Counted from the first letter of the stretch, positions 1 to 9,587 are shown. The stretch: DNA of 64,000 bases from an uncultured Eubacteriales bacterium (GCA_910586545.1 CAJUIQ010000001.1:156157-220156); one strand, 5' to 3'. Notes: generated by a model not told the origin, from the sequence alone. Numbers and translations: made by a program.

Positions 1-150
1 CAGCGAGACTTCAATTGCTCCGTTTCCAGCAATTGTCTCTGAAACGGCCACACCACGGCTTGCATTTGCTTCATCACTGAACGCGGAAATTGGCAGCCCG
101 GCTGACATCAGTAAAACTGCTGCAAGCAGGCTTGCTATGGTACGTTTCAT
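1..150 (-). CDS. secreted protein, N-terminal fragment (continues past window start)
   Basis: Minus-strand ATG at 150 preceded by AAAGGGTG. It reads MKRTIASLLAAVLLMSAGLPISAFS..., a signal-peptide-like N-terminus, and stays open to position 1. Confidence 0.5.
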   Translation of the reverse strand, partial: MKRTIASLLAAVLLMSAGLPISAFSDEANASRGVAVSETIAGNGAIEVSL

Positions 151-547
151 GATACTATCACCCTTTCATTTTTACTTCGTTATTCCTTAGCCAACGCCAC
201 TGTTCGATGTAATTATAATGGATAATGTTGGATCATGCAACCGATTTTCAAAATAAAAAATTAATTTTGTCGAAATACTTTTTTGTGCAATTTGCTTAAA
301 TGTCTTCTATTTAACAAAAAAACCAGTATTTTCAGGATTAAATTTACTATAATACTTTAGCGCATTGCATTGTTATAAGAGTAAAATGCACGTAAAATCC
401 CAATATAGTTGGTAACCATAATAAACAAATTTTTTGCGTGATTTATGGATATTTTTTGTGAAATTCATTCTATCATTTGTGGGCTGGAAGGTGTATAATA
501 TTTTATAATGGGGTAATTTGGAATAAAATTATGAATTGAGGAATATA

Positions 548-1504
548 ATGGCAAATAAGGGAAAGAAAATTGTAATACTTGGGGCAGGCAATGTCGGCGC
601 TTCCATCGCATATACGCTCACAGTACAAGGACTGGCATCTGAAATTGTTCTCATTGATGTAAATTACGATAAGGCAAAGGGGGAAGCCATGGATATTATC
701 CAGGGTACCGCTTTCTGTCCGCCGGTAAATATTTACGCTGGGCAATACGAAAATGCCAAAGACGCCGATATTGTGATCGTCACTGTGGGCGCCGCAAGAA
801 AGCCCGGACAGTCCCGGATTGACCTTGCCCAAGGAAACGTGAATATTGTCAAGCAGGTAATGCCTCAGGTGATTCCATATGCGCCGAACGCGGTGTATGT
901 GGTAGTAAGCAACCCTGTAGATATTATTACATATGCGATTATAAAAACATCCGGGCTGAAAACCACACAGGTAATCGGTTCCGGCACGACGCTGGACTCT
1001 GCCCGGCTGCGCTCCCGTTTGGCGGAGCATGTGGGACTCAACCCCAAAAACGTCCACGCATATGTGCTGGGCGAGCATGGGGATTCATCTGTGATTCCGT
1101 GGTCGCTGGCTACCATCGGCGGCATTCCTATGGACAAATACTGCCTGGAAATTTGCAATGAGCATAACCGTTGCGGCAAAGCGGAGCTGCTGGAAATAGA
1201 AGACGACGTGCGTACCGCCGGCGCGAAGGTCATTGCAAACAAGGGCGCTACCTATTACGCTATCTCCCTGGCTGTTTCCCGTATTTGTTCCTGCATTATC
1301 CGGGATACCGATTCTGTGCTGACGGTATCTAGTCTGATAGAGGGACAATATGGACTAAATGATGTGTGCCTGAGCATCCCCTTTGTTGTGGGCGCACATG
1401 GTATTTCCCAGTCTATCGTATCTCCCCTGACGGCGCCGGAGCAAAAGCAGATCGAGCAGAGCGCCGCCGCCCTGCGCTCTGTCATTGATTCGCTGGAGAT
1501 TTAA
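548..1504 (+). CDS. ldh: L-lactate dehydrogenase
   Basis: ILGAGNVGASIAY Rossmann motif, GEHGDS catalytic-His block and ~318 aa length. ATG at 548 follows a GAGGA RBS; the track start at 536 is a TTG. Confidence 0.9.
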   Translation: MANKGKKIVILGAGNVGASIAYTLTVQGLASEIVLIDVNYDKAKGEAMDIIQGTAFCPPVNIYAGQYENAKDADIVIVTVGAARKPGQSRIDLAQGNVNIVKQVMPQVIPYAPNAVYVVVSNPVDIITYAIIKTSGLKTTQVIGSGTTLDSARLRSRLAEHVGLNPKNVHAYVLGEHGDSSVIPWSLATIGGIPMDKYCLEICNEHNRCGKAELLEIEDDVRTAGAKVIANKGATYYAISLAVSRICSCIIRDTDSVLTVSSLIEGQYGLNDVCLSIPFVVGAHGISQSIVSPLTAPEQKQIEQSAAALRSVIDSLEI

Positions 1505-1558
1505 CATAAACTCTTCCTTCTATTAAAGATTATTTATATATTTTAAGGAGAATAAAAA

Positions 1559-2731
1559 ATGGATTACGCAAAAGAATCTCTGAAAAAACACGCCGATTGG
1601 AAAGGTAAAATTGAAGTAGTCTGCCGTGCGCCCCTGGAAACCCGGGATGATTTGTCCCTGGCATATACTCCCGGCGTTGCGCAGCCCTGCCTGGAAATCC
1701 AAAAAGATGTGGACCAAAGCTATAATTTGACGCGTCGGGCCAATCTGGTAGCGGTTGTAACAGACGGCACCGCCGTTTTGGGTCTTGGAGACATCGGCCC
1801 GGAGGCCGGCATGCCTGTTATGGAGGGTAAATGCGCTCTGTTTAAAGCTTTTGGCGACGTAGACGCGTTCCCTCTGTGCGTGCGCTCCAAGGATGTAGAC
1901 GAAATTGTGAAAACCGTACAGTTGATTGCCGGCAGCTTCGGCGGCGTAAACTTGGAGGATATCTCAGCACCCCGCTGCTTTGAAATTGAGCGCAGACTGA
2001 AAGAATGCTGTGATATTCCTATTTTCCACGATGACCAGCATGGCACTGCCGTGGTAACGCTGGCCGCTATGATCAATGCCCTGAAGCTGTGCGGCAAAAA
2101 GCTGGAGGATATTACCGTTGTTACCAGCGGCGCAGGTGCTGCTGGGATTGCTATCATCCGGCTGCTGATCTCCATGGGTCTCAAAAATGTAATCCTGTGC
2201 GACCGTCAAGGCGCTATTTATAAGGGACGGGAAGGGCTCAACAAAGAAAAAGAAGAAATGGCTGAAATCACCAACCTGCAGTGCAAAAAGGGCACGCTGG
2301 CTGAAGTGCTGGTTGGCGCGGATGTATTCATTGGCGTATCTGCGCCGGGCTGCGTAACTGCGGAAATGGTGGCCAGCATGAACAAGAATCCTATTTTGTT
2401 CCCTATGGCCAACCCCACGCCGGAAATCATGCCGGACGTTGCAAAAGAAGCAGGCGCTGCGATTGTAGGTACAGGCCGCAGCGACTTCCCCAACCAGATC
2501 AACAACGTACTGGCGTTCCCGGGTATTTTCCGGGGTGCGCTGGATGTTCGTGCATCCGATATCAACGATGAAATGAAGATTGCCGCCGCATATGCCATTG
2601 CAAACAGCATTCCGGAAAGTGAGCTGAGAGCGGATTATATTATTCCATCCGCACTGGATAAATCCGTGAGCACTGCTGTTGCAGAAGCGGTTGCAAAGGC
2701 TGCTCGGGACAGCGGCGTTGCAAGAATATAA
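1559..2731 (+). CDS. NAD(P)-dependent malic enzyme (short form)
   Basis: N-terminus ...LSLAYTPGVA..., VVTDGTAVLGLGDIG and GAGAAG NAD-binding motifs, typical of ~390-aa bacterial malic enzymes. AAGGAG RBS. Confidence 0.88.
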   Translation: MDYAKESLKKHADWKGKIEVVCRAPLETRDDLSLAYTPGVAQPCLEIQKDVDQSYNLTRRANLVAVVTDGTAVLGLGDIGPEAGMPVMEGKCALFKAFGDVDAFPLCVRSKDVDEIVKTVQLIAGSFGGVNLEDISAPRCFEIERRLKECCDIPIFHDDQHGTAVVTLAAMINALKLCGKKLEDITVVTSGAGAAGIAIIRLLISMGLKNVILCDRQGAIYKGREGLNKEKEEMAEITNLQCKKGTLAEVLVGADVFIGVSAPGCVTAEMVASMNKNPILFPMANPTPEIMPDVAKEAGAAIVGTGRSDFPNQINNVLAFPGIFRGALDVRASDINDEMKIAAAYAIANSIPESELRADYIIPSALDKSVSTAVAEAVAKAARDSGVARI

Positions 2732-2810
2732 GGCCGGTTGCTGCATGATGCGGTCTCTCAAAGCGGGTGAAGAAATAAGCAGACTTTTATTCTGTGTACA
2801 TTAGCCTGTA

Positions 2811-2843
2811 AAAAAACCTTTCTCAAATGAGAAAGGTTTTTTT
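2811..2843. terminator. bidirectional intrinsic terminator
   Basis: A-run, stem CCTTTCTC / GAGAAAGG with a 4-nt loop, then a T-run. It sits between convergent genes. Confidence 0.7.
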
Positions 2844-2852
2844 ATTGCGTTT

Positions 2853-3251
2853 TTATTGCAGTCGAACTCGATTCTTCACTTGGAAATTGTGATCATTGGA
2901 ACACAAGTAAACAATGCCTTCAATAAATCCCACAAAAGCTGGGATCCCTGTCCAGCAAAACAGCAAATAAATAATGCCGAGTCCTACCTGACCCAAATAA
3001 AACTTATGGATCCCAATGCTGCCTAAGAGAATAGCCAGCACACCAGCCACAATCTTGTTTTTAATGGGCCAGGCCGGGTTGATTCCATTCCCATTTGGCT
3101 GCGGACCGCGATACAGCTGCTGAGGCTGCGGCGCCTGCTGATATGTAGGCTGCTGCACAATAGTTGGGGTTAGGGGTTCACCGCAATATTTGCATTCCCT
3201 TGCGGCGGCATCGATAGAAGCCCCGCACTGCGGACATTTGTTATCTTTCAT
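2853..3251 (-). CDS. zinc-ribbon + TM2 domain membrane protein
   Basis: MKDNKCPQCG...CKYCG zinc ribbon, a Q/P-rich linker, then a TM2-type segment (AGVLAILLGSIGIHKFYLG...CWTGIP). Start moved to the ATG at 3251, which follows GGAG. Confidence 0.75.
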   Translation of the reverse strand: MKDNKCPQCGASIDAAARECKYCGEPLTPTIVQQPTYQQAPQPQQLYRGPQPNGNGINPAWPIKNKIVAGVLAILLGSIGIHKFYLGQVGLGIIYLLFCWTGIPAFVGFIEGIVYLCSNDHNFQVKNRVRLQ

Positions 3252-3297
3252 TATAATCTCCATTCCGCCGCCTGCGACGGCATAGTTCGTTGAATTT

Positions 3298-3705
3298 TCA
3301 GTGAGAGTTGGTATTTCCTCTGCCGACGCCAAAGATACCAATAGGCAAAGCAATTAAGAGGTAGAGGAAAAGCACAATCAAATGATACAGAACATATCCC
3401 TCAACAGACATGACCGTATTCACGGCGACTATAAAATGAATAAACTGCGCCAAGGTATAAAAAATTGTGGCGGTACAAAGCCCTCCGTAAAAGGCAATCC
3501 CCATTTTTCCAGACAGCCAGGAGCCGCCCGCAGAAACAAAAGTAATCGCCGCAAGGTTAATAAGCACAAACAACAACGCCGGTACAAACAAAGCGCTTCC
3601 TTGCAGGCGACATATCGCGAAAATCCAAAACAGGACGATTCCCGTCAAAAATAGGGACAGGAACAAAGCTACTGCCGATCCCCTTGTGAAACTTTTCTTA
3701 TGCAT
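3298..3705 (-). CDS. hypothetical polytopic membrane protein
   Basis: About four hydrophobic helices. The ATG at 3705 overlaps the stop of the upstream SPFH gene (ATGCATAA), with AGGTGA 6 nt upstream. Confidence 0.6.
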   Translation of the reverse strand: MHKKSFTRGSAVALFLSLFLTGIVLFWIFAICRLQGSALFVPALLFVLINLAAITFVSAGGSWLSGKMGIAFYGGLCTATIFYTLAQFIHFIVAVNTVMSVEGYVLYHLIVLFLYLLIALPIGIFGVGRGNTNSH

Positions 3706-4918
3706 CACCGTTCACCTGCTTCCCACATTCCACACAAAACTTGGCGCCAGGGGTCAGCTTTGCGCCGCATCCGCCACAAACAGGCGTTGTATCTTCTACC
3801 GCGTTGCCGCATTGATTGCAAAACCTTGCGTCGCGAGTGAGCTTTGCACCACATTTTGCGCAAGTCTTTTCACTGATTTCTCGTCCGCAAGAGGGACAGA
3901 ATTTCGATCCTGACGCCACGCTCTTCCCACAGAAAGGGCAGGCGCCCTCTTCCTGCGGGGTAAGGCTTTTGCCGCATCCGCTGCAAAACGCCGCGTCAGC
4001 GTTGTTTTGTGCATGGCAGGCTGGACAATACTTCCCGCCCGCTGCCGACTGCAGATCACTTTGCGCATTTTTTGCGATAGCGCCGGCAGCGCCCAGTCCA
4101 ATACCGCCGGCTACAAACGCACCGGCAACGCCGCCTTGATTGGTAGCCGCGCCTTCATATACGTCAAAAGAGCGCATGGTAGCATACCGGTTATCGCCCA
4201 TAATTTCAAATTCCGCTCTGTTTTCCAGAATTTTGTTAATTTGTTCGAAATCTTCATCAGGAAAATTTATTGACTTGATAAAAAATTTCGTGAGAGACAG
4301 GCCAAACTCTGCAAAATCCGCTTCCAACTGGGCCTCAACTTTTTCAGAAATCTCCTCCAGCATAGGGGTAATTTCCAAGGCGGAAATTTTTTGATTGATC
4401 ATCAGATCCGAGATAATCGATTTGACTTTGGTGACCAAAATTCCCTTGAAGTAATCGGTAACCTTTTGGAACTTGACAATATCCGACGGATTCATCGCGC
4501 CGATAAGCTCCCGCATAAACAGCACGTGATCACTGATCTTCATACCGAATTGCCCAAAGGCGCGCACCCGCAAACGGGTATAATATTTAGGATCCACAAG
4601 CTGAATCGGATCGGATGTGCCCCACATCATGTCCAGCTTAGTAACCGTATTGATATAGAATATTTCAGCGGTAAACGGGGTTTTTCCACCAAAGGGGAGA
4701 TTGATCAGTTCACGTAAAATGGGGAGGTTCTCCGTAGACAGCGTATATGTTCCAGGGGTGAAAACATCGCATATCTGTCCATGCTTGACAAAAAGGGCGA
4801 CCTGTCCTTCACCGACAATCAGCTGCGTACCCCAGGAAAGTTTTTCACTGGGATGCTTATATATCAGCCAGTCCCGGGAGGCCAGTCCATCAAATTTTAC
4901 ACGATCGATGAACGCCAT
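3698..4918 (-). CDS. SPFH/band-7 (YdjI-like) protein with four C-terminal zinc ribbons
   Basis: The N-terminus MAFIDRVKFDG...LIYKHP...LIVGEGQVALFVKHGQ is typical of YdjI-type SPFH proteins. The C-terminal ~110 aa carries 4x CxxC-N9-13-CxxC. Start at ATG 4918 after AAGGATG. Confidence 0.8.
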   Translation of the reverse strand: MAFIDRVKFDGLASRDWLIYKHPSEKLSWGTQLIVGEGQVALFVKHGQICDVFTPGTYTLSTENLPILRELINLPFGGKTPFTAEIFYINTVTKLDMMWGTSDPIQLVDPKYYTRLRVRAFGQFGMKISDHVLFMRELIGAMNPSDIVKFQKVTDYFKGILVTKVKSIISDLMINQKISALEITPMLEEISEKVEAQLEADFAEFGLSLTKFFIKSINFPDEDFEQINKILENRAEFEIMGDNRYATMRSFDVYEGAATNQGGVAGAFVAGGIGLGAAGAIAKNAQSDLQSAAGGKYCPACHAQNNADAAFCSGCGKSLTPQEEGACPFCGKSVASGSKFCPSCGREISEKTCAKCGAKLTRDARFCNQCGNAVEDTTPVCGGCGAKLTPGAKFCVECGKQVNGDA

Positions 4919-4955
4919 AATCTTCACATCCTTTATCCTTTTATAATACAAAGTT

Positions 4956-4984
4956 ATGATAACAAAAAACACACGTTCTGTCAA
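4956..4984 (-). promoter_or_regulatory. sigma-A type promoter of the SPFH operon
   Basis: Minus strand reads TTGACA-17 nt-TATCAT, about 40 nt upstream of the start codon. Confidence 0.5.
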
Positions 4985-5054
4985 GAAAACGGGAAAAATA
5001 TCGTCTTTTTCTTTTCCTTTTTCTATGTAAGGCGCATGGGGAGTGCAGGAAGGA

Positions 5055-5092
5055 AAAAGTCCCCCTCCTGACGAGGGGGAGACTTGTTTTTT
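5055..5092. terminator. intrinsic terminator after queH
   Basis: Stem TCCCCCTC / GAGGGGGA with a 5-nt loop, flanked by T-runs on both strands. Confidence 0.6.
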
Positions 5093-5094
5093 CG

Positions 5095-5631
5095 CTATTT
5101 CTTTTTCTTTTTGTAACGCTCTTCTTCGCTAAAAATACAGCCGCAATACTTTTGCATGTACAGCCCTAATTCTCGGGCTGTTTGTTGTCCCGCTCGAAAA
5201 TATGGCCGGAAGTCCCGATATACAAACGCTACGCCATATTCCTCTCCAGCGCGCCGGGCCGCCTGGCAAATTCCCTCGTGATTTTGATACGGGCTGACCA
5301 GCAGCGTTGTAGTAAACCCATCATATCCGTGCTCTGCCGCATAGCGGGCGGCTGCGGTCATACGAACGCTGTAGCAATATGCGCAGCGGTTTTCAAAATC
5401 CGGGGAAACAGCGGCTACAAAGGAACGTAGCCCGTAGGTGTCGTCTACATACAGAGGCGCTTCAATAGAGGCAGCGTACGCTATAAGAGTATCTCTGCGG
5501 CTGCGGTATTCGGTAAAAGGATGGATGTTTGGATTGAACCAGTATAAATGGGGATCTATCCCCTCGCCGCGCAGCGTTTCAATGCATTGAATCGAGCACG
5601 GAGCGCAGCAGGTGTGCAGCAGCAGATTCAT
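5095..5631 (-). CDS. queH: epoxyqueuosine reductase QueH
   Basis: MNLLLHTCCAPCS... N-terminal Cys motif plus C-terminal ...YCGCIFSE, characteristic of DUF208/QueH. ATGA overlap with the upstream gene. Confidence 0.85.
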   Translation of the reverse strand: MNLLLHTCCAPCSIQCIETLRGEGIDPHLYWFNPNIHPFTEYRSRRDTLIAYAASIEAPLYVDDTYGLRSFVAAVSPDFENRCAYCYSVRMTAAARYAAEHGYDGFTTTLLVSPYQNHEGICQAARRAGEEYGVAFVYRDFRPYFRAGQQTARELGLYMQKYCGCIFSEEERYKKKKK

Positions 5632-6839
5632 ATTGACACTCCCGTAGATTCTTTCTCTTTTTTAGGCGCACGCTGAATTTCTCCCGCGCCGGTGAGAGCC
5701 AACTTGGTACATACAGGGCCGATCAGTTCATATACAAAAGTACCGCAGAGAATCACTGCCTGAATTGTCTCACCGATATCCGGCAGAACCTTGGCCGCCA
5801 TAAGAGAAAGCCCGATGGCCACGCCTGCCTGTGGAATCAGGGTAAAACCAATATACTTACGTACCGTCGGTTTGGAGTGGGCAATCACCGCGCCTAGGGA
5901 AGCGCCCCCGATTTTTCCCGCTACCCGGGCCAGAATATAGGCGACGCCAAGCAATCCGATTTTAGGCAGAATAAACAGATTCAATTCCGCTCCGGATATT
6001 ACAAAAAACATGAGAAAAATCGGTGGCGTAACCGTGTCGGCAATATCCAGTATATCCGTGCCGTCCGGGCACAAATTGATCAGCGTTGCCCCCATAAACA
6101 TGCACAGTAGCAAAGAGGATAACCCCAGCATAGTTGCCAGCGATGTTCCCATAAAGGTGAATGCCAACGTAATAATCAACCGGTTGGAGGATTTTTTGAA
6201 AAACCGCAGGGGAATCCGGAACAAAAGCCCCAAAACAATCCCAACTCCCGCGGAACCCAGTATCTCCACAAAGGGCTTGGCAACAGCCCATGCGATAGAT
6301 ACCTCTCCGGGATTCTGCAGGGTATTCACGACGGCCATGGCAATACCGAACGCAATCAGCGCCACTGCGTCGTCCAGCGCCACTACACTCAGAAGGGTTT
6401 CCGTAACTGGGCCTTTTGCCTTATATTGCTTTACCACCATCACGGTAGCGGCAGGTGCGGTAGCGGAAGCAATCGCGCCCAGCAGCAGAGAAACTTCTAT
6501 ACCAAAGCCCAGGGCCAGCAGCACCGCGCACACCAAAATCATAGCGCCAAATGCCTCCAGCAAGGCGATAATCAGCGGTGCGATTCCCACTTTTTTCAGG
6601 TAAGAAAAGTCAAATTCCGCACCGATGGTCAGTGCGATCAGCGCCAGCGCCATTTCGGAAACCAGCTCCATTTCATGTACAAATCCGGCAGGCAGAAACC
6701 CCAGCACACATGGACCCAGTAGCAGTCCCGCCAGCAAATATCCGGTCACATTTGGCAAGCGGATCAGCTTCACCACCCGGCCCATAATCAGCCCGGCAAA
6801 CAGGATAACAGATAGATAAAACAGGATCGTAAAGGTCAA
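5628..6839 (-). CDS. cation:proton antiporter (CPA2/Kef-like membrane domain)
   Basis: About 12 TM helices, N-terminal ...LPNVTGYLLAGLLLGP... motif. TTG start overlaps the upstream stop (TTGA). Confidence 0.82.
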   Translation of the reverse strand: MTFTILFYLSVILFAGLIMGRVVKLIRLPNVTGYLLAGLLLGPCVLGFLPAGFVHEMELVSEMALALIALTIGAEFDFSYLKKVGIAPLIIALLEAFGAMILVCAVLLALGFGIEVSLLLGAIASATAPAATVMVVKQYKAKGPVTETLLSVVALDDAVALIAFGIAMAVVNTLQNPGEVSIAWAVAKPFVEILGSAGVGIVLGLLFRIPLRFFKKSSNRLIITLAFTFMGTSLATMLGLSSLLLCMFMGATLINLCPDGTDILDIADTVTPPIFLMFFVISGAELNLFILPKIGLLGVAYILARVAGKIGGASLGAVIAHSKPTVRKYIGFTLIPQAGVAIGLSLMAAKVLPDIGETIQAVILCGTFVYELIGPVCTKLALTGAGEIQRAPKKEKESTGVSI

Positions 6840-7183
6840 AGCAGGTCCACTCCTTCCGCAGAAAGCACCGGCAGGGTAAACATAACGGCAGTGTCAGGTT
6901 TGGAAAGGTCCCCTACGATTGTGCGGACGACCGCCTTTGCAGCCTCAATTTTTTCATCCTGCAAAGCCATAAAAATCGTACGGCTGTCTTTGCGTTCATC
7001 CATATCTCCTAGCAGCCGCCGCAAGGAGCCTACAATCGGATACTGCTCTATATTTTTTGCCAGAATATGTACCATACCCGAGCTTTTCAGTACGGTGGCC
7101 CCGCCGATTCCCTGCTCCATCCAGGCGTCCAGCAGCGGACTAAGTTTTTCCGTTTTGTTCAAAACAATCAGCAACAATTGCAT
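6836..7183 (-). CDS. small P-II-like regulatory protein (function uncertain)
   Basis: 115 aa with a beta-alpha-beta pattern (LLLIVLNK..GIGGATVLKSSGM). Strong GGGAGGA RBS before the ATG at 7183. Coupled to the antiporter gene. Confidence 0.55.
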   Translation of the reverse strand: MQLLLIVLNKTEKLSPLLDAWMEQGIGGATVLKSSGMVHILAKNIEQYPIVGSLRRLLGDMDERKDSRTIFMALQDEKIEAAKAVVRTIVGDLSKPDTAVMFTLPVLSAEGVDLL

Positions 7184-7376
7184 AAGCTTTTCCTCCCTAC
7201 ATGCATAAATACTTTTCTTACAGTATAGCACAAAACGTCGCAAAAGTCGAGACGGGGCGCACATCCTTCAACATTTTATATTGCCGGGAGATTTGATCAA
7301 TTGCGTATTGACGAGAGGGGCTGGACAACGATATAATGAGAGTATTAAATGTACGTTTGCGGCGAGGTATTTTAGA

Positions 7377-8195
7377 ATGGACAAAGAACGCAGAAAAGCC
7401 AGAAAGCTTGTAATCGGCTTATTTCTCTCCTGCTTATGTATTGCCCTAGCATGTTTCGGATTTTTTGCTTACATCGCATTCACCAGGCGGGGAGCGGAAC
7501 CGGTGAATCAAAGGATTGTTACTATCTCTAAAATTATTGTTATGACAGGGATATTCTTTTTGGTGATAGCTTTTGGGCATCTGCTGCCTGTTCTGCGTTC
7601 TCATAAAAAACGTACAAGGAAGCAAGGAGGACATGATATGTCTGAAATTTTTGATGAAGAAAACATGCGGCGCGCTTTGGAGGAACATATACCTGACGGG
7701 GAAACGCTGCTGGCGGGAATCCACGCGGTAGCGAAAGAAACAAATGTGACGTGTCTCTTTGGAGGAGGCGTATGTACGGAAAGCGGGCTGATTCCGGATG
7801 AAAACGGAGGTATCATTGCGTTAAACAAGAAAAAATATTCCACATATGATATTTATTTGGGTATTACGCAATCTTTCTTAATACTTGTCGAGTGCGAAAG
7901 AAATAGCTACTACTATCAAATTGACAACGACCCGGACGGGGATGAAGCGGATATACAGGAGGTCGTCGCGGCGATACCTTTTGTGGATATTGGAACATGC
8001 TTCCCATTGGCAGACATACAAAGCTGCGAAATAAAAAAGGGATGGATGGGTTCTGTAAAGTGCTTTATTACAATGAAAAACGGAAGCTATTTCAAGCTTA
8101 TACTTCCAAAGATGGGAGGACTGGGCGGCGGCATGCCGCATCATACGGAATATCGCGAGGCAATTATCGCGCGGCTGCGCGGCGGTAACATATAA
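7377..8195 (+). CDS. hypothetical membrane-anchored protein
   Basis: Two N-terminal TM helices followed by a soluble ~170-aa domain. GAGGT RBS 9 nt before the ATG at 7377. I recognise no family. Confidence 0.55.
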   Translation: MDKERRKARKLVIGLFLSCLCIALACFGFFAYIAFTRRGAEPVNQRIVTISKIIVMTGIFFLVIAFGHLLPVLRSHKKRTRKQGGHDMSEIFDEENMRRALEEHIPDGETLLAGIHAVAKETNVTCLFGGGVCTESGLIPDENGGIIALNKKKYSTYDIYLGITQSFLILVECERNSYYYQIDNDPDGDEADIQEVVAAIPFVDIGTCFPLADIQSCEIKKGWMGSVKCFITMKNGSYFKLILPKMGGLGGGMPHHTEYREAIIARLRGGNI

Positions 8196-8225
8196 AAACA
8201 TACAATAAGATTGGAGGAAAACAAA

Positions 8226-8576
8226 ATGTTATTTATAGAATATCCTAAATGCACCACTTGCCAGAAAGCGAAAAAGTGGCTGGACGAAAACGGCGTCCGG
8301 TATACGGACCGGAATATTAAAGAGGAGCGGCCAAGCTATACGGAACTGGAAGAATGGCATAGAAAAAGCGGACTTCCCCTAAAAAGATTTTTCAATACCA
8401 GCGGACTTTTATATAAATCCATGGGGCTCAAGGACAAGCTGCCGGATATGCCTGTGGAGGCGCAGCTGCAGCTACTGGCCACCGACGGAATGCTGGTAAA
8501 AAGGCCGATTATCGTAGATGGAGATACTGTCCTTGTGGGATTTAAGCCTGGGGAGTGGGAGATTTTGAAAAAATAA
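8226..8576 (+). CDS. ArsC/Spx-family (YffB-like) thioredoxin-fold protein
   Basis: MLFIEYPKCTTCQKAKKWLDENGV...LVKRPI pattern. GGAGG RBS. Confidence 0.8.
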   Translation: MLFIEYPKCTTCQKAKKWLDENGVRYTDRNIKEERPSYTELEEWHRKSGLPLKRFFNTSGLLYKSMGLKDKLPDMPVEAQLQLLATDGMLVKRPIIVDGDTVLVGFKPGEWEILKK

Positions 8577-8591
8577 AAAAACAAACAAGTA

Positions 8592-8619
8592 AAGCCCCCG
8601 TGTAAAACGGGGGCTTTTT
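8592..8619. terminator. bidirectional intrinsic terminator
   Basis: Stem AAGCCCCCG / CGGGGGCTT followed by a T-run, between convergent genes. Confidence 0.75.
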
Positions 8620-8681
8620 ATGATAGAACTGTATGCAAGTAGCGCGACAGGCTTTTTTGACTACAAACCTAAGGATACCGG

Positions 8682-9587
8682 TCAGGAAGCTGAAATCGCA
8701 TCCGCAAACTCCGGCAGCAGAAAATTTGCAATCACATTTTTTTCAATTGTAAATTCCGGTGTTCCCATATATCCAGGGGCGACCTCATACTTATCAAACG
8801 GAATCACAAGATCACCGTTTTCATTCCAGTAAAAATTATGTTCCGCATGTATGGAAACGATATCGTTTCCAAACGTGCTGTCCTGTACCCAATATTTCAA
8901 ATCGCTGTCCTTTTCCATAGCTTCCAGCATTTGTTTTTCTATCTCCTGTTGTACTGCGTCATAAAAGCCATCATTCGCCGCCATATCGCCAAGCGTTACT
9001 ATTTCTCCGGTGCGCTTGTTGAAATGATAGTATTTATAATATGTGTTGCTGCTCCCGGCAGCTTCGTGTACACGAAGCTTTAAAGTAAACCAGCCATCTG
9101 AGTTGGTGATCGTTTCGTAGTCAACATAAACCGAGCTGTGTCCATTGTCTCCGATAGACGCAAGGTCGTCGTAAAAACGGTGCATAAGCGCGTCTGTCAA
9201 CGTTTTTACATCCTCGTTTATGGAATCAAACGCTGCGTTGCCTGCGTCTTCTAATTTGGGAACATCGATATCCATTTCGTGTTTGTCATCAGCATAAAAA
9301 TAGTTTCGGATAGTGACCACCCGGACAATATCTCCGATTACGGGAACCTGCTGTAGCGCCTGCCCGTAGGCAGCGCTTATATTCGGGAGAAGGAAAAGCG
9401 TTATGAAAACAAACCCGGCGGCAGCGGCGGCAATCCGTGGAAACACGCGTGTGTGTCTTGCACATACGGCGGGGCTCTTTTCAGGCAAATCGGCAAGGAC
9501 CTGTTCTATGCGGGCTTTTACAGGGGCGGGAATTTCAATAGAATCCTGCGCAGCCCGGTCTTTTATATATTTATCAAAATCATGCAT
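8682..9587 (-). CDS. RsiV-like anti-sigma factor (DUF4163/DUF3298-type ectodomain)
   Basis: Short cytoplasmic N-terminus, one TM helix, and an ectodomain ending ...LVIPFDKYEVAPGYMGTPEFTI (DUF3298 signature). Overlaps the sigma gene by 8 nt. Confidence 0.72.
   Translation of the reverse strand: MHDFDKYIKDRAAQDSIEIPAPVKARIEQVLADLPEKSPAVCARHTRVFPRIAAAAAGFVFITLFLLPNISAAYGQALQQVPVIGDIVRVVTIRNYFYADDKHEMDIDVPKLEDAGNAAFDSINEDVKTLTDALMHRFYDDLASIGDNGHSSVYVDYETITNSDGWFTLKLRVHEAAGSSNTYYKYYHFNKRTGEIVTLGDMAANDGFYDAVQQEIEKQMLEAMEKDSDLKYWVQDSTFGNDIVSIHAEHNFYWNENGDLVIPFDKYEVAPGYMGTPEFTIEKNVIANFLLPEFADAISAS

Noticed and set aside
451-480. Possible Rex operator (TTGTGAA...) upstream of ldh
   Set aside because: Only one half-site (TTGTGAA) is present. 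The expected TTCACAA partner at 4-6 nt spacing is absent (the sequence reads ATTCATTC). This is not enough to call.
503-2761. Minus-strand ORFs (191, 125, 265, 154, 130 aa) opposite ldh and the malic enzyme gene
   Set aside because: They are antisense to two genes with unmistakable family motifs. They have no independent signals.
4919-4984. N-terminal extensions in the ORF track (also 3252-3353, 7184-7264, 7281-7376, 10908-10967, 18347-18400, 29034-29108, 29734-29826, 31335-31433, 35676-35747, 40718-40762, 45541-45579, 51705-51773, 54408-54479, 59311-59343)
   Set aside because: In each case an internal ATG, GTG or TTG with a proper Shine-Dalgarno sequence matches the family's normal N-terminus, or the extension overlaps the upstream gene or terminator. 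The starts were trimmed accordingly.
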